Assembly (NCBI GenBank): GCA_030141605.1
Contig: JAQGDQ010000450.1
Span: 126,883-190,882 of the forward strand
Direction: 5' to 3'
Source: Tubiluchus corallicola
Taxonomy: Eukaryota; Animalia; Priapulida
DNA: 64,000 nucleotides
Of the stretch, positions 27,348-38,481 are shown in pieces. The first letter of the stretch is position 1. Each line of letters begins with the position of its first letter. Both the position numbers and the translations under genes were made by a program. The notes beneath the pieces are model-generated. The model was given only the letters and a program-made list of their open reading frames with translations. It made no database searches and was not told where the DNA came from.

Positions 27348-28430
27348 TGTAAATCAAAATGTAATAATCTTACCTACATAAAATTCACAAACCCTACCTT
27401 CTGATTGGCTAAAATTTGCTATTTGACTGATTGCTGGATTGGCTATTTCATCTGTGCGAAGTCTATAAATATAAGTGCCACATTCTATTCCATTGAGTTC
27501 AGTGGATACTGGAATTTGAGCACCAAACAGAACAAGCCTGCAGCTGCCCTCGCAGGACTTATCTTCCAACTGTTTCGGTGTTAATGTGAGGGAGTGGTAA
27601 ACCCTCAAGGGCATATTCATTTTTATGGTTTTTTGTTTATGTAATTTGTTCTTTTCGGTTACAAAGATTCTTTCAAACATTAACATTTTAATTTTACAAA
27701 ATTATTAAGTTAGTCAAGATTTTGGTCAGGCCTTATGCCGCTCTTTCAAAGCTGGTAAATCTCTACCAGCCGTTTGGTTTACTAATCTCGTTTCGGGATG
27801 TGGTTTTCGAACCGAGGCCTCTCGCCCACGGTCTGGTTCGAACCGTCCAGGGGTTATTACAACAACTACGGCGGCGAGGACCCGACGGCAGAACACTAGT
27901 GTCAAAAGTGGGATGGGGACAGGATCATTGCCTGTTCCACCTTGTGTTTACGGAGTTTTCTCTAGTTCTCCAGCCCCCTCTTCTGCGCAAATGTGTGACT
28001 TGGATGACCTTTGTGTTCCTCAATTTGCATTCTCTCTTCTGAGCAGAGCACTCCTCCCATTGTTCAGAGTGAGCCTTGTGTATTTGACCGGAGTCTTAAC
28101 TATGACCACAAACATTGTGCTGAAGAAATTTCCATTTCTAGTTATATAGATGATGATTGTGATGAAATTGTTTTGGCATGGACTTGTGACCCACTTAATC
28201 CCCGTCTTTTGTGTCATGCGCATCGCACGTTGCCGTCTGTTGTACCTAGTTTACCGTTTTCTGCCAGTACTGTTTTTACTGCGTCTAGTCAGTTTGTTCA
28301 GTCTGAAACCTGTTTCATCTAACAATGACTGTCTGGTTTCTGCTCCTGGGCCTTCGCCTATTTTGTCAGCTAGTACCTCTAATTTTCATAATCATAATGG
28401 CATTTTTAGGGAGCTAAACATTCTAAATTA
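27348..28430 (+). mobile_element. Gypsy-type LTR (27348-27895) with PBS (27897-27914) and decayed internal sequence
   Basis: TGTAA...GAACA termini, ATTGG boxes, TATAAATA at ~27464; PBS TAGTGTCAAAAGTGGGAT is 2 mismatches from TGGTGTCAGAAGTGGGAT (tRNA-Leu 3' complement). Confidence 0.6.
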
Positions 28431-29260
28431 GACTTGGGTATTATTCCAGTTTATGCGGGAAAAATAAGTCATAGATTTACAATACTGAATCTTCCTCGGT
28501 CACAGTTACAGGCGCACTGTTTATATTTATACGCCACCTGTTGCACCAGCTGTATAATTACTTACACAGGTCTTGTGCCGTTTTATAGGACTCAAACACT
28601 GATTCACCTGCCGCTAGGGCTGCGCTGTCATCAGCAAACTTAATTTTTTTAGTGCTTTCTCAGTTTTGTACTTCTATCATCATATCCGCCACATAGAGTA
28701 CAAACAAGATTGGCGATAACACTGATCCTTGCGGAAGACTCATGTTGCCGGTGTACATTTGCGACATATAATCGTATATCTTAATGTTTAGTTCTCTGTC
28801 TGTAAGGAATGCCTGTATTGTCCCGAGGAATTTTTCGTGAGTGCCAGCTTCTTTTAGTTTTCACACAAATCCTTTTGGCTAAATGCTATCAAAGGTTTTC
28901 TTAAAATCACATAGCTGTGTTATGCTGTTTTCCTCGTCAATTGTTTCTTTTGCAATGTTGGCTATTAGCCTGTACAAGTAGCGAACATTGCTGCACCCAG
29001 ATGTAAACCCTTCTTGTTCCGTATCTATGCAATTGTTATATTCAAAGAAGCTTCTTAGTCTCTGTTTTCAATTAATTTTTCTATTAATTTTCATAGCAAT
29101 ATGAAATTATTATAGGTCTGTGGTTGTTTGCATCACTATAATTTGTCTTGCCTAGTTTTTTGAAAAACACAATTTTTGATTTGTTCCATAGATAGTTCCA
29201 TAGTTCCATTTGTTCCATTTGATTTGTTGACTTGAAAAGTAAGCAGTAAAGAAGTACCAT
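28430..29260 (-). mobile_element. Decayed LINE reverse transcriptase
   Basis: KKLGKTNYSDANNHRPI, EQEGF, LPQGSVLSP and YVAD (YADD-like) remnants across frames. Confidence 0.8.
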
Positions 29261-30244
29261 GTTGTTATGAACAAAAGCCGTTATATTCAAGCTCTCCAGA
29301 TTCAAGCTCCCCAGAAGCAAACCAATTGAAAAAAACAATTATGTCTAATAATAAATAAATAAATGACAATTAAATCAGAACATATTTATGCTTATTCTTA
29401 ATTAGTTCTGTATTTATTTTATCTTATAGGTACGAAACAAATTTTAAACAAACACAGAAGGTCCCAAGTTCAAATCTAAGCAGAAGTCCAACTTATCACA
29501 CTTCCTATTTTTTTAGTTTGGTAATTTTTTTTATTAATTGTCGGCTTGTACCATTTGTACATCGTTGTGTTTAAAATGACTATCTTGTTGAGATGTGGTG
29601 TGTACAATGTCACTATAACGTTTCTTCTGGTTAAATTGCTATCTTTGTTTCATATTCTCAATTATTTTTGCGGCAATATTTTAGTGAATGGTAGTAGTAT
29701 GTAACAGCTTAATATGGTAACACCATGCATTAATGCAAAAGATTGCCAAAAGAACAAACATGTATTACGAAATATAATTATTATTGTTATGATTCTAAGA
29801 GGCCAAATTTTTTATCAAACTAGATATTATTCATTAAAATGCAGCAAAAATACAGCAGAAATACGAGGAAGTGCAGGAACTAAGCATAATATTCACGCAT
29901 TAAAATTTACCAGCAACTAAAAGGGAAAGAAGATATCCCTTAAAAGAAATCCCAAAAACTTTACATATAAAGTTGTATTTGGCATACTTAGCATATTGCT
30001 TACTTGTTTGTAAGATATGTAACTAAAAAATAAAATTCCGAGCAATTTAAAATGTTCAGAATAATATAGTTGGTAAAACGTCAATGATTCGCTATCCCAG
30101 TGTGCACTACTGGCTCACAAAAACATATTACAGTGTTGTTCATCATCATCACATCATCACTGTTGTTCATAGTGATTTACATATTAGCACATAAATTATA
30201 TAAACAAAAACCTAGGCCTGTATGCACATGCAATACCCCATTCT

Positions 30245-30727
30245 CTACACAGTAGTGTGGATTTCTGGCTGGTCCCATGCTCCTCGTAAATAGACGAAGA
30301 CTGTCCAAACCGAAACTACTATCTCTGCGCCCCCTGTTATCAACTGAACGGAATAAGCAGCCGAAATACTTCTAATCACTTTTACGCATGTGTCGTCCAT
30401 CATGTACCTGCACTGAATGCGCTTGTAACTAGCATACTTCTCAGATTCAGCGTGAATCAAAAACGACTGAACAGCAATAAGAACTCCACCAAAGATTGCT
30501 GCAAAAATACTCGTGACAATGAAGGACATCATCAACGACTTCCTTCTTGGTTTAGCTGAAGAAACAACTGCAAAATCCATGACACCAGCTACAAGGAAGA
30601 AAATTCCACACCAGATACCAGTTCTTTTATTGTCCGGTGGAAGTCCGTACCACCATGTCCACTTGTGGGAACAGATGAGAACAATTGCAGCTACCTCCAA
30701 AAGAATGGCAAGCAATCCAAAGAGGAC
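30245..30727 (-). CDS. MS4A/CD20-like four-TM protein paralog B, exon 2
   Basis: ctttcttctag|VLFGLLAILLEV...TGIWCGIFFLVAG...SIFAAIFGGVLI...C..C loop...QLITGGAEIVVSVW...*; GxW and E-in-TM4 patterns typical of the CD20 family. Confidence 0.8.
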   Translation of the reverse strand, partial: VLFGLLAILLEVAAIVLICSHKWTWWYGLPPDNKRTGIWCGIFFLVAGVMDFAVVSSAKPRRKSLMMSFIVTSIFAAIFGGVLIAVQSFLIHAESEKYASYKRIQCRYMMDDTCVKVIRSISAAYSVQLITGGAEIVVSVWTVFVYLRGAWDQPEIHTTV

Positions 30728-30819
30728 CTAGAAGAAAGACTGTCGTTAACTGAATGCCAGACTGTGAATGCCAGAATGTTTATAAATCATCGCGATTTAT
30801 TTCACAAATCATTAGCATC

Positions 30820-31020
30820 TTCACTATCATTATCATCATCGTCATCGCTGCCATCATCATCATAATCATCATCAACATCATCATCATCATCATCACTATC
30901 ACCATCGTCAACATCATCATCATCATGGTCATCATCAACATCAACATCGTCATCATCATCATCGTCGTCATTAACAACGGTAGCAGCAACAATGGTGGCA
31001 ATGGTGCGACAGCAACAAGA
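30820..31020. repeat. Degenerate (CAT)n microsatellite
   Basis: Read directly; intronic. Confidence 0.9.
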
Positions 31021-32330
31021 CCCAAAATCCCACAAAGAACGTAATTTGGAAAATTAAACGTGATGTAAGCATAAAATTAAAGAACTATTATAAAATCAGC
31101 TCGTACAAATGGGTGTCGTGACTGATGCATAAAATTAAAAAACCTATTAAAAATGGGTTCGTGCAAAATGTGGGAGATTAAAAATGGGTGAAACATTGGG
31201 AGATTATTGTGAATTCGTGCAGAGATAATAAAATTTGCAAATTTACAAGTTTTCAAATTCAGGATAAGTTGACAACACTATAAATTGTGACCGAACGACC
31301 AATAACGACGAACGTTACAGAAGACACAGATATCTGAAGTTTGACAGATGAAGCCGTAGAAACTTCATACAGCGGATAGGTAAGTTAGCTAGGCATTAAC
31401 ATTGACTACAAGTATTTCTAAGTACACATACCAGTTGGCGCAGAAAGAGGTTTAGACCGTAATATTCATAATCATATTTATTAGTGCCAAAACACATACA
31501 CTACAAGAAAAAACAAGACATACATACAATTTCAATTTTGAAATATAGTGACACTGCAGGCAAACAAAACAATTATTGATAAAACAAATATTATTAAATC
31601 TTCTGATTAGTTGTCTCAAATAAGCTGGCAATTAGCGATAATTACGTGATGACTATGAATGACAGAATGTTCACAAACCATCTCACAACAGTTATTACCA
31701 ATTGTGAGCAATGAGTTAAAGAAAGAAAGGAGGTGCTGAAAAATTATGAACCAATCGGGACTTGAACCCGGTTCAACTGCTGTATGTCGTGTTTCTTTCT
31801 TGCAAACGACTATTCAATATGAATCCTTTAACAACAATTAATAATTTATAGTCATAATATTAAAATTATTATTAATAATGATACAAACCCTCAATTAATT
31901 AATTTTGAAACTGAACTTGAAAAATAGGAAATAAATTGATTGAGAGTTAAAAGCCATGAACTTTGAACTGTCATGGTTGTGTGACACGGTATTCTAGCGA
32001 CCGTGGTGTCAACCTGGTAAACAGAAGGTACTCAGTTCAAATCCGGCAGTTTGGTTTCTAAATTCAATTTATTATGGATCTCTACCGTCACTTGGCAACA
32101 TTTTTCTTGCTTTTTTGGACCACGTGAAACGCCATTAATTGCACACACTCACTTCTTTATCTGAGCCTTAGTACGCCACACACAAAAATATGGTCAACGT
32201 ACACCCAATAGTGGATGCTGCTCAACAAACAGAACGCAGATCAATGCAGTGAGCTTTAGTGATAATTACTTCTTAATTAAAAGAAAAGTCTGACGTAAAA
32301 GTAAAAATCACTTCATTCTAAGCGTCTTAC

Positions 32331-32384
32331 TTGAAAAACACCTAACCGAAATAGGCACGATTTCGAGCATGCGCATCTTGGCAT
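32331..32384 (-). CDS. MS4A/CD20-like paralog B, coding exon 1 (MPRCACSKSCLFRLGVFQ)
   Basis: Ends LGVFQ|gtaaga like paralog A; phase 0 fits exon 2; in-frame TAA upstream of the ATG; strong acceptor at 32414-32415. Protein is 178 aa. Confidence 0.8.
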
Positions 32385-32535
32385 TTCCTCCAAGGTTTTC
32401 CAGCATTAACCGGCTGCAAAAAAATCAAAGCAAAACAAACAGTCAAATAAAGTAATACAGTCAAACAAACAAACAAACAAACAAACAAACAAACAACATT
32501 AAAGGTACTGTTCGTATTTCAATCTTAGTCGCGTA

Positions 32536-32814
32536 GGCACGTTCAGACTTGCGAGTTTTCAGTCACGAGGTTTCTCTCTGACTGCAAACTCGCAAGTGTG
32601 AATTTATTTGCGAGTAATTGTCGGCAATTTATTGCAAACTCTCCGACAACTGCTGCGAGTCGATTTCCTGCGAGTTACTGTCTAGTGTGAACGCCTCAGC
32701 TTCACGCAGTGAGTTGTTAGCTCGTGCCTACTGTCGGAGAGTAAGTAGTAACATTTTTTGCTGTCTACACTTGCAAATTACTTGGAGAGAAAACTCGCAC
32801 CGTAAGTCTGAAAG
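32536..32814. mobile_element. PIF/Harbinger-like MITE, family A copy 3
   Basis: Colinear with copy 2 and shares the same flanking sequence. Confidence 0.75.
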
Positions 32815-32899
32815 CACAGTAAGTATCAACGCATTTGTTCTTGTTCTTGTTCTAAAACATTAACAAATTTCCCAGACAATTTTATGGGGTGGTTGGAAT

Positions 32900-33100
32900 A
32901 GCAGTTTGGTCATAGCGTGTGCCTGGGTAGCACCTGGATAGGTGACCACCAAAAAAATTTCTGTGCGGTTTCCTACCACCCCGGTTATTTACCTGCTGAG
33001 GAAGGTTGCATGATTCATTTGAATGTAACTAAAACGCTTAAAATGTGTGCCCCACCTGAGGGGCTCATCCTAGAGTATTGACTAGATTCCAGTCCCATAA
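32900..33100 (+). mobile_element. Decayed SINE with a 5S-like segment
   Basis: GCCTGGGTAGCACCTGGATAGGTGACCACC resembles the 5S internal promoter region GCCTGGTTAGTACTTGGATGGGAGACC. Confidence 0.4.
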
Positions 33101-33186
33101 CAACAATCAACCATGAAGTAGTCATTGTGGTTGAGTGCAGTAATCCGATTTGTAGTGTTCCGATCTATATAAAAAAGGTATTAGTA

Positions 33187-33564
33187 CAGGGTGGTAGGTA
33201 ATTTCTTTAGGGATGCGGAAGCAACGAATAACGTTGCAGAATAATTTATCACATCAAAGGATTGATGAAATAATATTCTCAAAATTTAATGTTCTCTTAG
33301 GATACCTCCGATGTGCTTGGCAAGCTTTAGGTCCTGTGAATTTTCGTGTCATTCAGTTCAAATGAGAAAAATTAACCCTAGAATCTTCAGGTCACTGCTT
33401 TGATCATATCCTTCGAGATTGGCTGTACCAGACAATAGGTTGTTGGTACAAACAAAATGTTGAGAACGTGATAGATTCGTAATTATTTCAGCAATACTTT
33501 GCAATGAATTATTCTGTACTACGAATCATTGCTTCTACCCAGCAAAAGATTATACACCACCCTG
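33187..33564. mobile_element. Tc1/mariner MITE with TA target duplication
   Basis: TA-CAGGGTGGT ... ACCACCCTG-TA. Confidence 0.8.
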
Positions 33565-34348
33565 TATATAAACACTTTCATAAAAACAAGCTCTTACACA
33601 AGTAAAGGAATGGAATTTCACTTCAAAACAGCAATGCTGAAACACCCAAATCTGAACAAACGAAGTTTACACAAGTTTACTGCTATTTAATAGCATCGCA
33701 AAGCGTACAGTTATGCAGCAAAAAGCTGTACTGTAATCGTGAGCGTAACATTGAATTCATGTCTATACGGCATGGTGGACGCAAAAATGAGCTAACATTT
33801 ACATAATAATTATTAAATCAGTGTTTAAACAGCACAAATAACAAATTTATTACACGTCAGCACATCTTTTATTTCATTTCTTGATGGGGAAGAAACGGAA
33901 TTTTTAAAGCATGTCTCAAAAACTTTCTATAAAAAGTTATATGAGTTAGCATTAAGTGTCAGGTTTTGAAAGACATAAGACACATCTAACTGGAAAAGAA
34001 ATTTCTTAGTAATTTGAAATTTTTGCTCTGGCTGGTAAAGTGTCACTGTTTCACTATCCCAGTTAGCACCAAAAACGTCACTGGCTATTAACCTTTTATA
34101 GGTTTGCTTAGTAAGGATTGTGTGTACTACAAATGCTTACAAACTTTACGCAATGTTATTACAACTTGATTTAAACGACCTACCATCAAAATGTTATGCC
34201 GGGAGTTTAAATTTGCAACTTTTAAACAGTGATGCTACTAATTCCAATTCTGTATGCAGAAACCCAACATGTAGATCCTACGAAATTCTTAGTCTTATGT
34301 AACAATTCTGTTTCCTTTAATTTGTTACAGGAATCACGCGAGTTGTTT

Positions 34349-36091
34349 TTAAAACGTAGGCTACGTTTCAGCTCAGTCAATGGCGCCATTCGACGACATT
34401 TAGTTTTGAATGGAATAAGTTACCAGAGACAAGAGCAGTGGAGGCTCGTAGCTAAAATTACTGGGGGTGCTGCTTCAGAAAAAATTTGCCATTGTTTTAA
34501 AAAGAACCAAACATATGTAATTTTAATGTTGTGATTTGTAATTGTAATTTTAAAAAAAAGCATACGAAAGTTTATACGTAAACTTTATAAAATCCTAAAC
34601 AAAAAATATTTTTTTCTTACTAATAGCCTAAATTATCGCCGTTTCAAGTTTGATCCATTCACGGTAAGCACATGACAACTGCCAACAAACTGTGTGAGCG
34701 ACAGTACTTTCTGTATGCATAGCCGCATGCGAAAAACAGCCATACACAGCATTGCTGGAGCGCACTGTCCTGGACTGTGAAGCAATCCTACCCTCACGTG
34801 CTCTGGTTCCGTACAAATATAAAGAAAAAAGACTTATTATATTGAATATTATTGATAACACTGGGTGAAAATAGGGGGTGTTGCAGTTCCACAGTACCGA
34901 TACACGAGCCGCCACTAGACAGGAGCGAATGTATTGTCGGACTTCGAAGTCCGAAATCATTTCTAGTGTTAATCTATAACTGTAGGCCTTAACTGGGTAC
35001 GTGGAAATTTCACTCAGTTTTCGATGGAAGTAGGTCTCAAGATAAAATGAATTTAAAGCAGCGTAACTAGTTAATTGATTTTTAAACATGTCGTTTCACA
35101 ACCACATACTCAGAGAGCCACGTGTAATGGCCGATGGGTAAACTTGCACTAGTTGGCATAAAATTAAGTTAATAGGTTTCAAGTTTCTGAGCCGCTTAAT
35201 CATGGCGTCTTTGCAAATTGATTTGATCTGCGAACTTAACGCTAGCATTTTGCCAGCCAACCAGCAAAATAGGAAAAGCATGCATACTCAGAAAGTCTCT
35301 ACGCAGTTTCATTTCAAAGTGAAAAATTTTCTGATTTTGACAGTGTAGTTTATAATTATGATCCCTTTGGTCAGCCATTATAGGCCTATTTATTAATCTG
35401 TTTAAACTATCGATACCTGCCTGCGGTAGAAAAAAAATGGACGAACTATAAAAAAACCTTCCATACAAAAAAATATCACTTTGCATTACGCTTACTTGTT
35501 TCAAGGACTTATGTAACTGGAAAAGAAAGTTCTAAAATGTTTTTGGACCACCTTGTAAAAGCGGCATTGTATTACCATTCACCAGAAACACATTATTCTT
35601 ATTGACAATGTAAAGTAATTTATACTTTTGCTTAGTTAGCAAAAAGTGTACTACTTTTTAGCGAAATTTAGTAACTTTAACCAACGTGATACAGCTCAAC
35701 AGGACGAAATTTAGTAACTTTAACAAATGTGATGCAGTTCAACAGGACCTTGTTGACAGTTGCATATCCTTACCGTGAATGGATCAAACTTGAACTGCGA
35801 TAATTTAGGCTATTAGTAAGAAAAAAAAATTTTTTGTTTCGGATTTTATCAAGTTTATGTATAAAAAACTTTTGTATGCCTGTTTGTTTAAGATTATAAT
35901 TACAAATTACTACATTAAAATTACGTATGTTTGCTTCATTTTAAAACAATGGCAAAATTTTTCTGAAGCAGCACCCCCACTAATTTTAGTTACGAGCCGC
36001 CACTCTCCTTTCTCTGGTAACTTGTTAAATTTAAAACTAAATGTCGTCGAATGGCGCCATTGTCTGAGCTGAAACGTAGCCTATGTTTTAA
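34349..36091. mobile_element. Non-autonomous DNA element with ~340-bp TIRs
   Basis: 34349-34689 is the reverse complement of 35750-36091 (TAGGCTACGTTTCAGCTCAG.CAATGGCGCCATTCGACGACATTTAG); TTAA at both outer ends. Confidence 0.85.
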
Positions 36092-37248
36092 ATATTAAAA
36101 AGTTTGAGTCGGAGATCGGATCAACCTGTCGCTCCCGGCTCGCAAACGGGCGCATGCACAGTTACAGCTGGGTTCATCACAGTGTAGATCATAGCTTACC
36201 CTCTATTACCTATTCTGTGGGTCTCCAGTTCACAGCTGGCTGCAACGATGCACCTTGTGACTTACAACAGTGAAGGGCTGATCGTTGAAAGGATAAGCCC
36301 TTGCTGAGGCAACATTTGCTTGACTGAAGAAGCAAGGATCTACTCCCAACTCTCCCCAATAAGTTAGTCTTACCAAAATGTATATATGAGCAATCGAATT
36401 CTAAAACAACAACTTGTGGCGTCTTAGTTGCGTGGTGCAGCTTCTACTAAACATCTTGTGGCGTGTTAGTTGCAATGAGTAAGTTATATGCCACGTTGTT
36501 ATCAAGTTGCCACGGAAGCTAAGTCAAAGCTGAGCATTGTGACATCTTTCGGCAAAAACTCGTACAGTATTAAACATTTGTTTAAAATTAACAGCAATAA
36601 GATCAGCATTTTATTGTGTTGTCCAGTAAAATTTTAAAGGCAATCGAAATCTTGGAAATGTCTGTCAGTGCCTAGCTGTATTTTTAAATACTTGTAAAAA
36701 TTGAAACATTATTCCAACTTTTTGTTAGAATATTTTTCGCAAATTTATTGCGAAAATGAAATAAATTTTATTGTTCCATTCCGTAGACGATCCTTATATC
36801 GCTGCCCGAGTTACGTAAATCCCACTGACATCTTTTAACCATGTTTATAACAAGAAAATAATTTCTATTTCAGGATACTAATATTACGTAGATATTTAAT
36901 ATAAATTTTTACCGCACTTGAAATAAGACACCGCCATGATTTGCTATATCTGTCATGCTTGTTTATCTTATACGCACCAAAAATAAAGAGAGACAACAAA
37001 GAGCTGGAACAGACAATAAAGAGTTGCTACATAAACAACAGCTGACCTATTTCTATCAATTTGTCACAAAGTTTGTTTGTTGTCCAGCAAACCAGACTGA
37101 AGGGACAGTTAGGTACTATTGACCATAGCAAACATAATATTGATCAGTAAATGGCTTGCGTGATTGACAAATAAAAAGCAAAACACAGTAACGAATGCTT
37201 TCAGTCCACAAGTAGACAGTCCGCACAAGCAACGCGTTTTACAGTGAA

Positions 37249-38481
37249 ATGATTTCCAGACGTGCGCTACTTTTTCTTACTAGTGTCATTATCTTTCAGT
37301 TAGCAGTATTTTGCATCAGGCCATCAGCGAGTTGTTCGTCAAAAAGTTGTTCGTCTTAAGCGCCTCAGATACAGAGAGCATTGCATTCCAAAAGGATATG
37401 CTGTGATTCGTGAAAACAAACAGGATGTGCAGGATCACTCACTTACAGGTGCTGAACTTGCATTGGGTATCTGGGATGGCGATCCCCTTGCAAATTTCAC
37501 GATCAATGTAATTCTGCTACTAAGTAATGCATTAAACTTTAGCTTTAATGTAAAGACGGTTGAAAGTCCAGAAACTGTGGTTGAAAAGGCTGAGCCAGAC
37601 ATATTTGGACTGGTGATAATGCTTTATGAATGAACAAAATACATGACTTTTCTTCATCCAGTCACATATACACCATATGTGTTCGTTACAAAACGGTAAA
37701 GGTCTGTTAAATTGAATCCCTGTAACTTGTTCATTACAAAACGGAACAAGTTAAATGGGTTCAATTCAACAGTCCCTTTCGGCACGCCGGATTTGCTTAC
37801 TCCTAATAGCATACGATCTCTTGGCTTTTATTATGCTGCCTTGATTGTCAAAAAACGACAAGCAATGAAAATCATTTCAATCAAATAAACTATAGTCCCA
37901 ATAAGACAGGTATATTCTGATTGCCATGTACACAGGAACAATGGTCAGTAAGTTGTTTGTAAGCAGGCAACAGTATGCCTTCTCTACTTTGCAAGAGTTA
38001 GTAAACAGTGACATTGTTCCTGCGACTCTCGGAGATTTTGCTTTTACTGCCATGTTAAAAACCAGTCGACCTGATACAGATTATGGCAAGCTGCAGAGGA
38101 AAATGGAAACTGATGCCTGTGCATTATGCGGCTACAGGAATAGATCTCACGGCTACGGGGCAGTACACATTTTTTCAAGATAGCACCTATGCAAAGTTAT
38201 CTTTTGTCGTTATCCAATGTAGATTTTCTGTTGAGGTCCCAACAGAAAGCAATTACACTGAAGCACTAAACTGCGGCTTTGCCAGATTACTACAATGTGA
38301 CATGATAACAGGGGCTTTTAAATTAGCTGCTAAATCTGTCAGAGCATTGTTTGGACATGTCCATTCAAACAATAGAAGCACAAGAAATTCCTGCTGAACA
38401 GCTTAGTGCTGCATTCTGGGTAAAGCTGTTTGGAATGAGCACCAACACTTTTTACTTTCATAATAAATTCACTTTATTATC
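37249..38481 (+). pseudogene. IR/iGluR-like pseudogene, array unit 1
   Basis: GIWDGDP, LNFSFNV and MYTGTMVSKLFVS match 41996-43402; in-frame TGA at 37631, frameshifts, pore-loop deletion. Confidence 0.9.

Noticed and set aside
30754-31044. Poly-D, poly-I and poly-M ORFs
   Set aside because: Intronic (CAT)n microsatellite.
34628-35089. 153-aa ORF inside the long-TIR element
   Set aside because: No transposase motifs, overlaps the TIR, and the composition looks random.
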